In this document: one piece after another, positions 10,140-19,310 of the stretch
Numbering within the stretch: position 1 is the stretch's first letter
How the letters are laid out: every line of letters starts with the position of its first letter
Source: Thermoplasmata archaeon
GTDB taxonomy: Archaea; Thermoplasmatota; Thermoplasmata; Thermoplasmatales; ARK-15
NCBI GenBank assembly: GCA_023261755.1
Contig: JAGDXS010000003.1
Coordinates: 3,153 to 67,152, forward strand
DNA: 64,000 nucleotides
Direction of reading: 5' to 3'
Made by a program: the position numbers and the translations under genes
The notes under the pieces: model-generated
The model's database searches: none
The model's input: the letters and a program-made list of their open reading frames with translations, nothing else
Told to the model about the DNA's origin: nothing

Positions 10140-12428
10140 TTATTTATAGTTATTTTCCTTCTTCCCGAAAGCTTCTTCCATAAATTTCAGGCCTATTTCA
10201 TTATTCCTTTTTAGAAAAGCCCTCCTCGTTTCCTGTTCCTCGTACTCAAAAACAACCCAAGTATCATTATCTACAGTATACGCAAAAATATCTGGCTTTA
10301 ATTCAGAATGTGGTTTGTATGCAACTGTACAAACAATTATGGGCTTTGTTGTTAATTTTTTAATTTTATCAAGAACTGCTTCCAATGTCTTTCCTGTATC
10401 TGCAATATCATCTACAAGTAAAATATAGTTTCTTATATCATCTAAGTTGTAATCGAAACTTCCCAAAGTTACATGCGTGCTCGGAACACCTTCATCTGTA
10501 TAATAGGATGCCCTTATACTTAGCATATCTTTAACGCCTAGATAATCACTAATCAATCTTGCTATTACCATTCCACCTCTTTCTATATAAATAATGATGT
10601 CCGGTTTGCCATATTTTTTAAGAATTTCCTCAGAAAGCTTTTTTCCATAGAATTTCATACTATCGAAACTTAGAAGGACATACCTTTTCTTTTCACTCTC
10701 AAATTTAAGAAAATCCAACCATTCTTTGGCGCTAAGCAAAAGGTCCTGTATTATTCCAGATTCCTTTAGCTTCATTGAAAGTTGAACTGCTTTTGGCGGT
10801 AATAGGGATGATTCTTTTAACAATTCTTCATTTTCAAATAATTTTTCAGGGGTGCCATCGAATATAAGTTTTCCCCTTTTCATTACAACTACTCTTCTGC
10901 AATATTCTGCGACTAACCTCATATCATGGGTAATTACAATAATAGTTGAGCCTTCCCTATTTAGTTCTAGCAGTATTTCCATAATTTCCCTAGACATTCT
11001 ATAATCCTGACCAGTAGTGGGCTCATCAACAATGAGGATTTCAGGTCTCATTGCAATGACACTTGCTAAAGCTAATCTCCTTTTTTCTCCCCTGCTCAAA
11101 AATAATGGATCTTCCTGTTTTTTATTGCTTAGCCCTACTCTGTTCAATGTTTCATCTACCCTCTCCCTTATCTCCTCTTCCTTCATTCCAATGTTTTTTA
11201 AACCATAGGCAATTTCTTCGTCCACCCTTCTATTAAATATTTGATGATCAGGATTTTGAAAAACATATCCAACCGTTTCAGGTATTGATAATCTAACCTT
11301 CTTTTCTGAAATATCCTTCCCAAATATTTTTACCTCTCCATCCCATTTTGTTAAATAACCTGAAATTATTTTTGAGAAAGTACTTTTTCCTGAACCATTC
11401 TGACCTATGAGCGCAATGAATTCTCCTCTGTTCACAGTCAAATTAACACCATTCAATGCCCTGGAACCATCAGGGTATTCATACTTAAGATCCCTAACTT
11501 CAAGCGCAGGCTCACCAATCTTTTCAAAGCGCCTTTTAGGCCTGTAAACTTTGGCTGCCTCAAGATCAATTTGTTTTACTAGATCTTCATCATTCTTAAA
11601 TATAGTCTCAATTTCGGATACTTCAATATACTTGCTTAGGCTAGGGTTTGAAAATATATTATCTGGCTTGTCTATGGCAATGATCTTTCCCTCATGTAAA
11701 ACAACAAGTCTATCAACAAATTTCTTTAGAATTTCTGGATCATGCTCAACAAGTATAACTGTAATGTCTCCTTTTTCCCTGAGTCTAGATATTGCTTCTA
11801 TAACCTCGATTTTCCCTGCAGAATCTAAATCTGAAGTGGGTTCATCGAGAATCAAGACTTTTGGTCTCATTGCCAAAAAGCTTGCAATTACAAGCCTCTG
11901 TTTCTGACCTCCTGAAAGCTCGGAAGGGTGAAGCTTATCTATCAATGGAAAAAGATCTTCAAGGCCGACCATTTCCAGTGCCTCTTTAATCCTTTTAACA
12001 ATCTCATCCTTTGGTAAACCCATGATTTGCAAACCAAGTGATAATTCGTTCAGGGCGCTCATGGTAAGGAATTGACTTTCAGGATCCTGCATGACGAGCC
12101 CTACTTCAGGTGCCATAGCACCTTTTCCAGATATTATGTAATCATTTCCTTTCTTATCAAGCTTTGATACAACATTGCCAAGAACTATTACCTCACCATC
12201 AAAATATTCATTAGCTTTTCCATAGGGTAATTTTATTTGGTGCGGAATTAAGCCAGCTATTAACTGGCATAAAGTGCTTTTACCTGAACCTGTTGCACCT
12301 GTAATTCCTAAAAATTCATTTTTGTAAATGGTTAAGTTAAAATTCTCCATGGAAAAGTTTGATTTCATTCCGCCAAAGTTTGGATAATGCCATTTTATAT
12401 TTTTTAATTCTACAATAGGCTCGTCCAT
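10140..12428 (-). CDS. Tandem ECF/ABC ATPase (EcfA-EcfA' / YkoD-like) fused to a C-terminal type-I phosphoribosyltransferase domain
   Basis: There are two ABC cassettes, each with Walker A, signature and Walker B: GATGSGKST / LSGGQKQR / LILDEPTS, and GQNGSGKST / LSRGEKRR / LIVDEPTT. The last ~190 aa carry the PRPP loop ILLVDDIADTGKTL (10383-10421) and a Gpt-like WVVFEYE. Confidence 0.8.
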   Translation of the reverse strand: MDEPIVELKNIKWHYPNFGGMKSNFSMENFNLTIYKNEFLGITGATGSGKSTLCQLIAGLIPHQIKLPYGKANEYFDGEVIVLGNVVSKLDKKGNDYIISGKGAMAPEVGLVMQDPESQFLTMSALNELSLGLQIMGLPKDEIVKRIKEALEMVGLEDLFPLIDKLHPSELSGGQKQRLVIASFLAMRPKVLILDEPTSDLDSAGKIEVIEAISRLREKGDITVILVEHDPEILKKFVDRLVVLHEGKIIAIDKPDNIFSNPSLSKYIEVSEIETIFKNDEDLVKQIDLEAAKVYRPKRRFEKIGEPALEVRDLKYEYPDGSRALNGVNLTVNRGEFIALIGQNGSGKSTFSKIISGYLTKWDGEVKIFGKDISEKKVRLSIPETVGYVFQNPDHQIFNRRVDEEIAYGLKNIGMKEEEIRERVDETLNRVGLSNKKQEDPLFLSRGEKRRLALASVIAMRPEILIVDEPTTGQDYRMSREIMEILLELNREGSTIIVITHDMRLVAEYCRRVVVMKRGKLIFDGTPEKLFENEELLKESSLLPPKAVQLSMKLKESGIIQDLLLSAKEWLDFLKFESEKKRYVLLSFDSMKFYGKKLSEEILKKYGKPDIIIYIERGGMVIARLISDYLGVKDMLSIRASYYTDEGVPSTHVTLGSFDYNLDDIRNYILLVDDIADTGKTLEAVLDKIKKLTTKPIIVCTVAYKPHSELKPDIFAYTVDNDTWVVFEYEEQETRRAFLKRNNEIGLKFMEEAFGKKENNYK

Positions 12429-13297
12429 ATATGCCCACCCAATACATTTGTTACGTTCATAGTTATTGAAATGTAAAGCGCAATGATTGAAAATATTATT
12501 GCTAAATAATCTGCAGATCCAATTCTCTTTTTAACAACAGGTTCTGAAAGCTTTTTTGATTTTGAGAATCCTCTCGCTTCCAAGGCAGAACCCATCTCTA
12601 CAGCCCTTTTTATCATTAATGCTGTAAGTGGTATGGATAAAGCCAGAAATTCCTTTACCCTTGATAGGGGATTTTTCTTTGCTGCCTTTCCACCCCTGGC
12701 AAACTGGGCATGCCTGATTGATTCCAAATCCTCTTCCATTATGTTTAGACTTCTAAATATTAAACTTATAAAAAATGTCTGCTTGAAAGGAACTTTTAGC
12801 TGGTTTAGTGCATCAACAATATCCACGTCCCTTGTGGTCATCAATATTAATAATGTAAGAAATGCCATAGCTGCATATCCAAAAACTTTTGCAACTCCTA
12901 CATATAAGGATTCTCTTGTTATTTTAAAATAATAATTGCCTATGTGCATGGAAAATAAAATGCTATTACCTATTTGGTTAAAAATTAGCCACCATATTAA
13001 GAAAACAATGAACGCAACAAAAAGTAATGATAAATAACTCTTAATTACATATTTCAATGTGCCTGATTCAAGCAGTAATGCAAGTACCACTATAAAAACA
13101 ATCAAAGAAAAAACAAGATCTGGATGGCTTTTAGTCATTGCCAATATTACAGCAATTGATAAAATAAAAAATAATGCAAATTTTGTAAATGGGTGAAGAT
13201 TTACGAATACTGAATCTGCTTTGGCAGAAAATAGTATGGTCTTAAGATATTTTTTTTGGCCTTCTCTGTTTTTTCTTTCAGCCATCGTATCACTCAT
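12410..13297 (-). CDS. ecfT: ECF transporter transmembrane (T) component, EcfT/CbiQ family
   Basis: It is polytopic and carries two coupling-helix Ala-Arg-Gly motifs (AQFARGG and ALEARGF). It overlaps both neighbouring genes. Confidence 0.8.
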   Translation of the reverse strand: MSDTMAERKNREGQKKYLKTILFSAKADSVFVNLHPFTKFALFFILSIAVILAMTKSHPDLVFSLIVFIVVLALLLESGTLKYVIKSYLSLLFVAFIVFLIWWLIFNQIGNSILFSMHIGNYYFKITRESLYVGVAKVFGYAAMAFLTLLILMTTRDVDIVDALNQLKVPFKQTFFISLIFRSLNIMEEDLESIRHAQFARGGKAAKKNPLSRVKEFLALSIPLTALMIKRAVEMGSALEARGFSKSKKLSEPVVKKRIGSADYLAIIFSIIALYISITMNVTNVLGGHIWTSLL

Positions 13298-13953
13298 GAA
13301 ATAATACCTTTTGTTGTCAAACCGAATCTCTCCACAATAGGTGTAAGCGCCCTTGCCAGGAATGGTGCAATAATCAAAACTATTGCATCACCAAGTATCC
13401 ATAGCCCTGCGCCATACCAATAGGCATTCGCAGGAACAAAACCAAGCTGTACAAGAACCCAAACACCCCAAAGGCCTCCAATAATATTGGTAATGCCCAT
13501 TACCCAAAAAACAAACCAGAATGCGGACATTTTTTTCTTTGTAATATCTCTGCCTAATGGGTCTACACCTATTTTATTCAGGAAACCGCGGTAGAAAAGA
13601 AGAACAAGAAGTGCAGGTACAAGGTCTCCTATGCTAAATGCAAGAGATGGTATTAAGGGCAAACCAGTTAATAGACCTGCTCCAATAAAACAGCCCAAAA
13701 ATGCAGCCAAAACACCCCACAATCCCCACCACCAAGTAAACACTATGAAAAATGGATATGCCCAATAAAGAAATCCAATACCAGGACCAACAACAGGGGT
13801 TGCAATAACGCCTAGCCAGGAAAGGAGTATAACCACTGCAATCTGTATCGCAAAAAGGGCATATTGCGTAGTACTCAATTTACCGCCAGAAAATAATTTT
13901 AAAGAATATTCATTACCATATGAATCATTCATGAATATACGTATAAATTTCAT
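13294..13953 (-). CDS. Putative ECF substrate-capture (S) component, ~6 TM, Trp/Gly-rich
   Basis: Size (219 aa), topology and its position directly upstream of ecfT (ATGA overlap) fit an S component. I could not assign it to a family. Confidence 0.45.
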   Translation of the reverse strand: MKFIRIFMNDSYGNEYSLKLFSGGKLSTTQYALFAIQIAVVILLSWLGVIATPVVGPGIGFLYWAYPFFIVFTWWWGLWGVLAAFLGCFIGAGLLTGLPLIPSLAFSIGDLVPALLVLLFYRGFLNKIGVDPLGRDITKKKMSAFWFVFWVMGITNIIGGLWGVWVLVQLGFVPANAYWYGAGLWILGDAIVLIIAPFLARALTPIVERFGLTTKGIIS

Positions 13954-14049
13954 ATATTTTATACTTTTTTATGTCCCTTTTTCCTATAATTTGGAATAAA
14001 TTTAAAATAATAGGAAAATATTTTAATTGTTAAGAAATTGTACTTTTGC

Positions 14050-14772
14050 ATGGCAGATTTCGTTATAATATTTGTATCACCAAAATACTCAGGTAATATT
14101 GGATCACTCGCTAGAATAATGAAAAATTTTGATCTTAATGATCTTGTAATAGTGAGTCCACAGACAAAAATAGATGATGATGCTTACAGATATGCAATGC
14201 ATGGGGAAGATATAATTAAAAATGCTAAGGTTGTTGATTCACTTGATGATGCTATAAAAGGTCTGAATTTGGTAATAGCAACAAGTGCAATTTCAACAAA
14301 ATCTGAAAAACATTTCCTTAGAATTTCAAAAACACCGGAGGAAATAGCATCGCTAGCAAAAGACTTTAATGGTAAAATAGGTCTCGTTTTTGGAAGGGAG
14401 GACATTGGGTTATTGAATGAAGAGCTAGAAAAATCAGATATGCTTTTAACAATACCTGCAAGTGCTGATTATCCTGTAATGAATATTACACATGCTGCTG
14501 CTATAATTTTTTATGAAATATTTAAGATAAAACCCCTGGGAAAGAATATTAATATTGCAAAAAAGAGCGATCTTGACAGGATCTTTGATACAATTGTTGA
14601 AATAATTAATTTAACAAGATACCCTGAACATAAAAAAAAGAATACATTTAGAATGATAAGAAGGATTTTAGGTAGATCTGCTATAACTGCTTGGGAATAC
14701 CATGTGTTAATAGGTGTCCTAAAAGATATTAAGGAAAAATTGAATCAAGGCCAGAAAATGACTCCTCCTTGA
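14050..14772 (+). CDS. SpoU/TrmH-class RNA 2'-O-methyltransferase (TrmJ-like)
   Basis: The N-terminus FVIIFVSPKYSGNIGSLARIMKNF and the C-terminal knot region LLTIPASADYPVMNITHAAAIIFYE match this class. I prefer the ATG at 14050 over the TTG at 14038. Confidence 0.75.
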   Translation: MADFVIIFVSPKYSGNIGSLARIMKNFDLNDLVIVSPQTKIDDDAYRYAMHGEDIIKNAKVVDSLDDAIKGLNLVIATSAISTKSEKHFLRISKTPEEIASLAKDFNGKIGLVFGREDIGLLNEELEKSDMLLTIPASADYPVMNITHAAAIIFYEIFKIKPLGKNINIAKKSDLDRIFDTIVEIINLTRYPEHKKKNTFRMIRRILGRSAITAWEYHVLIGVLKDIKEKLNQGQKMTPP

Positions 14773-15802
14773 CCAATGAAACTTTTCTTATTTGTCCCTT
14801 GTATTTTACGTTTGTGAATATGGCAGTTATTCTTATCTTATTTGTCATATCTTCCTCTATTCTCGTTCCTACTTTTATATCAGCATTGCTGTCCATTCCA
14901 TCTGTTATCTTTTCAACTATAGAATTCATCATGCTTAAGCTCATATCGGGCCCGGATACAATATTTATTAGTGCGCCGCTAGCGGTTGTATGGTCCACAT
15001 TATAAAACTTGTTTTTCAGCGTATCTTCAACAAGGCCCTGTATATTATTTAATTCACCTTCACCGTACATTATGGTTGATGATCCGCCGTTCTTCATTAT
15101 TTTCATTAGATCAGCAAAGTCTATGTGTATCATGGAAGGTTTGTTTATTGTTTCAGATATATTTTTAATTATATCGCTTATGAGATAATCCATAACCCTG
15201 AAAGCCTTCTGCAATGGTAATTTCGGTGCAATCTTTAAAAGTGTGTCATTTTCAAGCACTATTACCGTATTTGAATATTTGAAAAATCTTTCAAGTGAAA
15301 GTTTCGCCACATCAGATTTCTTTGTACCCTCTGCTGAAAATGGTAAGGATACAATTGATACCACGAGCGCTCCTGTGGACTTTGCTATTTGTGCAATAAC
15401 CGGTCCTGCACCTCCACCTGTCCCACCGCCCAATCCAGCAATAATGAAAACTATGTCATTGCCGGATATTTTTTCCTTTATATCATTGGCAGAAATTTCT
15501 GCAACACGTTGACCCAATTCCAAGTCACCGCTTGTTGACTGCCCATTTGTTATCTTTTTACCTAAAAGAAATTTAACCGGTGCATTGCTTGAATCTAGGG
15601 ACAATTTATCTGTATTCATGGATATTAATTTAAGGTCTGTTAAACCAATAGCGCTTAGAGTGTTTATGGTGTTGCAACCTGCACCACCCACTCCAATCGC
15701 AAGCATAGTTACCTTTGAATCGTATGATTTTGAATCAAATTCCATAGCTTCATTAAATAATAAGTCCCATCCCATTTTTATCACCATCTTTTCGTCTGAC
15801 AA
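14729..15802 (-). CDS. ftsZ: FtsZ-family tubulin-like GTPase (divergent paralog)
   Basis: [11 protein letters not shown] (T1), [19 protein letters not shown] (T4) and IDFADL (T7) are present. The T3 region reads NGQSTSGD instead of the usual GLGAG. Confidence 0.8.
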   Translation of the reverse strand: MSDEKMVIKMGWDLLFNEAMEFDSKSYDSKVTMLAIGVGGAGCNTINTLSAIGLTDLKLISMNTDKLSLDSSNAPVKFLLGKKITNGQSTSGDLELGQRVAEISANDIKEKISGNDIVFIIAGLGGGTGGGAGPVIAQIAKSTGALVVSIVSLPFSAEGTKKSDVAKLSLERFFKYSNTVIVLENDTLLKIAPKLPLQKAFRVMDYLISDIIKNISETINKPSMIHIDFADLMKIMKNGGSSTIMYGEGELNNIQGLVEDTLKNKFYNVDHTTASGALINIVSGPDMSLSMMNSIVEKITDGMDSNADIKVGTRIEEDMTNKIRITAIFTNVKYKGQIRKVSLVKEESFSGLDSIFP

Positions 15803-15902
15803 TTGTCATCATGATGCCCCCTATATATTAAATTTTCCACCAATATACCAAATTTTTAAATTCTTACAAAAAAAATATTAATTGATTTGCTTAGCATGTA
15901 TT

Positions 15903-16880
15903 ATGGATGCTTATGATATAAGGAAAAAATTAATAAAAAAAATTGCAGGGGAAAATTCAATAATATTTACACCTGAAGATAGGCTTGTAAGAAAATTATC
16001 CAAATCATTAAATTTTACATATATGGTAATTTCTAATGATAGCATATTTTATATAGTCCATGAAGCACAGGATGATGATACAATCGATGCAAATGATAAA
16101 ATATTAACCATAGATCCGGACAGCGAGTTAAAAAAAATTGTTCTTGGCAAAAAAATTCTATCTCCAGAACCAGAAAAATTTCGTAACTTAAAGGCTGAGT
16201 TTATTGATCTTACAGAAATTTTTAGAAAGCCTTACGATGATGAAATACAAATTTTTAAAAATGGAGCATCTTTAATAGACCAGGCTTTTGAAAAATTTAT
16301 AAACAATATAAAGATTGGCATGAAAGAGTTTGAAATAAAGGCTGAAATAGATTATGCAATAATGAAAATGGGTTTTGAATCTTTTTCATATCCTACTGTT
16401 GTTCTTACAGGAGAAAGAACATCTATACCTTTGGGAAAAACTTCAGATAGAATCCTAGAAAACGGGGATATTATTCAAATCGATTTTTCACCAGTTTTAA
16501 ATGGATATGAATTTTCAATGGCAAGGGTCATCTTCACAGAATTGAATGAAAATACTAAGGATCTATGGAAAAAATATAACAAAGTTTTTGAAATTGTTTC
16601 ACCATATCTTAAACCAGGGGTGGAATGTAATAAAATAGATTCTATAACAAGAAATTATATTCAAAATTTGGGTTTTTCGTATCCACATTATTCAGGTTAT
16701 CCGTTGGGAGGTTTTTCAAAGCCTAACATTTATCCTGGGAGCAATGATTATCTTGAAAGAAACAATGTGTTCGTATTTTCTCCTGGTTTATACATCAAGA
16801 AGAAGTTTGGTTTCAGAATAAAAAGAATGATACATATAAATGATGATGGTTTTGAAACATTTGACAAATTTGGAGAGTAG
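15903..16880 (+). CDS. M24 (creatinase/prolidase-fold) family protein with degenerate metal site
   Basis: The pita-bread fold motifs are recognisable (GDIIQIDFSPVLNGYEFSMAR, HYSGYPLGG, VFSPGLY, RIKRMIHI), but most metal ligands are replaced. I prefer the ATG at 15903. Confidence 0.65.
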   Translation: MDAYDIRKKLIKKIAGENSIIFTPEDRLVRKLSKSLNFTYMVISNDSIFYIVHEAQDDDTIDANDKILTIDPDSELKKIVLGKKILSPEPEKFRNLKAEFIDLTEIFRKPYDDEIQIFKNGASLIDQAFEKFINNIKIGMKEFEIKAEIDYAIMKMGFESFSYPTVVLTGERTSIPLGKTSDRILENGDIIQIDFSPVLNGYEFSMARVIFTELNENTKDLWKKYNKVFEIVSPYLKPGVECNKIDSITRNYIQNLGFSYPHYSGYPLGGFSKPNIYPGSNDYLERNNVFVFSPGLYIKKKFGFRIKRMIHINDDGFETFDKFGE

Positions 16881-16952
16881 CGGGGGGTGGATTTGAACCA
16901 CCGACCTACGGGTTATGAGCCCGTCGGGATTTCCTGGCTACCCCACCCCGCT
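16878..16952 (-). tRNA. Initiator tRNA-Met (anticodon CAT)
   Basis: The reverse complement folds by hand as AGCGGGG TG GGGT..TCCC G ACGGG CTCATAA CCCGT AGGTC GGTGG TTCAAAT CCACC CCCCGCT A. It has an A1:U72 pair and three G:C pairs closing the anticodon stem, the archaeal initiator hallmarks. No CCA is encoded. Confidence 0.9.
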
Positions 16953-16975
16953 TCACTTTAGAAAAGGTGATTCCA

Positions 16976-16988
16976 TTAATAAATTTTC
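16976..16988 (-). promoter_or_regulatory. TATA-box-like element for the initiator tRNA
   Basis: The minus strand reads AAAATTTATTAAT about 23 nt upstream of the tRNA 5' end. Confidence 0.4.
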
Positions 16989-16999
16989 CTAAGAACCTT

Positions 17000-19273
17000 T
17001 CAGAGCTTAGCCTGTGTAATATTCTCTTTCTTGGATGAAATATTCTTTGATATTATTTCTTCTATTTCCTTTTCGCTTGTTCCTTTGTAAAGAACTTGTT
17101 CCTTCTTACTTCTATCCCTGTATATTGTTATTCCTTTGCATTTGAGCTTGTATGCAAGCATATATGCCTTTTCTACTTCATCTATTGTTGCCTCATTTCT
17201 CATGTTAATCGTTTTGCTCACAGCATTGTCTGTATGCTTCTGGAACACTGCTTGCATAAGCACATGCCATCTATAATCAATATCATGCGCTGTTAAAAAA
17301 ATTCTTTTCATATCTTCAGGAAGATCTAGTGATTGTATACTTCCCAACCTTGACACCTGGCGCATAATTTCATCTGAGTATAAACCTCTCTTCCTTAACT
17401 CTTCCTCGAAAATTGAATTTACTTCAAGGAGCTCTGTATTTTCAAGTACTTGCCTTATAAATACTAAAGCAAATAAGGGTTCAATTCCTGACGAAGTACC
17501 AGCTATTATGGAAATGGATCCTGTTGGGGCTATTGTTGTTGTAGCAGCATTTCTCATCCTTATGCCCTTTTCATACCAAATAGAATTCTCCCATGCATTA
17601 AATGTTCCCTTTTTTGTTGATATTATTGAACTCTCTTCATGGCTTACCTTTTCAATGAATGACATCACTTCATCTGCTATATCTAGTGCTTCCTTTGAAG
17701 CATAAGGTATTCCAAGTTTTATGAGCATTTCTGCAAAACCCATTACTCCTAGACCTATTTTCCTTGTTTGCTTTGTCATGTAATTTATTTGTGGCAATGG
17801 ATATTTATTTGCATCTATTACATTATCAAGGAAGTGAACTGCAATTTTTATCGTTTTTTTCAGCTTTTCCCAGTTAATTGATCCATTTTCAACAAATTTG
17901 CTCAAATTAATTGATCCAAGGTTGCATGATTCGTATGGTAAAAGTGGTTGTTCACCACATGGATTTGTGGCTTCTATGTCACCAAGCAACGGTGTAGGAT
18001 TGTGTCTATTAATTTCATCAAGGAACACCACACCAGGATCACCTGTCTTCCATGCTTGTGAAATTATAAGATTCCATATCTGCCTTGCTGGAATCTTGGA
18101 AACTGCTTCCTTGTTTCTAGGATTTATTAATTCATACTCTTCATCAGATTCAACAGCATCCATAAATTCGTCTGTTATACCAACACTTAAATTAAAGTTC
18201 TTAAATCTACCCTCAAATCCCTTCGCATTTATGAATTGAACTATATCCGGGTGATCTACCCTTAGAATGCCCATATTCGCTCCTCTTCTCTTTCCGCCTT
18301 GCTTTATTATGTCTGTTGATACATCAAATATCTGCATGAATGAAACAGGACCAGATGCAACTCCTTTTGTTGACCCCACCATGTCACCCTGAGGCCTTAG
18401 CTTGGAAAATGAAAAACCTGTGCCACCTCCAGATTTGTGTATAAGTGCCGTATATTTTAAAGCATCGTATATGCTGTCTATGGAATCTTCAACAGGTATA
18501 ACAAAGCATGCTGAAAGCTGCCCGAGTGAAGTGTTAGCATTCATAAGCGTAGGTGAATTCGGTATAAATTCGAGATTTACCATTATTTCATAAAATTTTT
18601 TTGCTATCTCTTCAACGTAATCCCAATTATTATCAAGAATTTTTAATAGATCATCGAATGAAACTTTCATTGCCCTTTCCCTATTTAGTGATTCATATGC
18701 TCTCTGTAACATCTCTCTCTCATATGGTGAAATTGATACCTTTTTTAATGAATAATAGGAAATTATATCTCTTTCCTTCTGTTTTTTATTAATATCAAAA
18801 ACACTATCGTGGTAAAGAATATCTACCAATGCAACATACCTGGCAACACGCCAGAACATTTCTCTTGGTGTTTCAATAATTCTGCCATTGTCGTCTCTTA
18901 GAAGATACCTAGATTCTAGAACTTTGATTGCATTGATTGTTAACTTTAAATCATCCTTAATGCCAAAAAGATATTTTATTTCCCTTAGTTCTTTTCTCTT
19001 TTGCCTGTAAAGAATGTATGCCTTTGCTGTTTTTACAAGACCTTCTTCCATCAATGTTTCTTCAACTAAATCCTGAATATCTTCAACACTGGGTATTTCT
19101 CTATCAAATTTTTTTGTTAGTTTTTTTTCCACAATTTCCCCTATTTTTTCACTTTCTTCTTGAATGCCAGAAATTTCATTAGTTTCATTCAATGCCTTTT
19201 TAACTGCGTTTATTATCTTTTCTCTACTATATAAAACAAAATCACCATTTCTCTTCTTTACTAATCCAAGCAT
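17000..19273 (-). CDS. nrdJ: Class II (adenosylcobalamin-dependent) ribonucleotide reductase with N-terminal ATP-cone
   Basis: The N-terminus resembles an ATP-cone (KKRNGDFVLYSREKI). Catalytic-core motifs are NPCGEQPL and CNLGSINL. The C-terminus reads TIYRDRS. Confidence 0.9.
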   Translation of the reverse strand: MLGLVKKRNGDFVLYSREKIINAVKKALNETNEISGIQEESEKIGEIVEKKLTKKFDREIPSVEDIQDLVEETLMEEGLVKTAKAYILYRQKRKELREIKYLFGIKDDLKLTINAIKVLESRYLLRDDNGRIIETPREMFWRVARYVALVDILYHDSVFDINKKQKERDIISYYSLKKVSISPYEREMLQRAYESLNRERAMKVSFDDLLKILDNNWDYVEEIAKKFYEIMVNLEFIPNSPTLMNANTSLGQLSACFVIPVEDSIDSIYDALKYTALIHKSGGGTGFSFSKLRPQGDMVGSTKGVASGPVSFMQIFDVSTDIIKQGGKRRGANMGILRVDHPDIVQFINAKGFEGRFKNFNLSVGITDEFMDAVESDEEYELINPRNKEAVSKIPARQIWNLIISQAWKTGDPGVVFLDEINRHNPTPLLGDIEATNPCGEQPLLPYESCNLGSINLSKFVENGSINWEKLKKTIKIAVHFLDNVIDANKYPLPQINYMTKQTRKIGLGVMGFAEMLIKLGIPYASKEALDIADEVMSFIEKVSHEESSIISTKKGTFNAWENSIWYEKGIRMRNAATTTIAPTGSISIIAGTSSGIEPLFALVFIRQVLENTELLEVNSIFEEELRKRGLYSDEIMRQVSRLGSIQSLDLPEDMKRIFLTAHDIDYRWHVLMQAVFQKHTDNAVSKTINMRNEATIDEVEKAYMLAYKLKCKGITIYRDRSKKEQVLYKGTSEKEIEEIISKNISSKKENITQAKL

Positions 19274-19310
19274 AAAAATAAAAATAAATAGTTAGAGAAA
19301 AATTTTTCCT

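Noticed and set aside
10140-13953. Interpreting the ECF cluster as a CbiMNQO cobalt transporter (given the cobamide theme of the window)
   Set aside because: There is no CbiM- or CbiN-like gene. The S-like protein lacks the CbiM N-terminal metal-binding motif as far as I can see, and the cluster is about 32 kb from the cob island. Substrate unknown remains the honest call.
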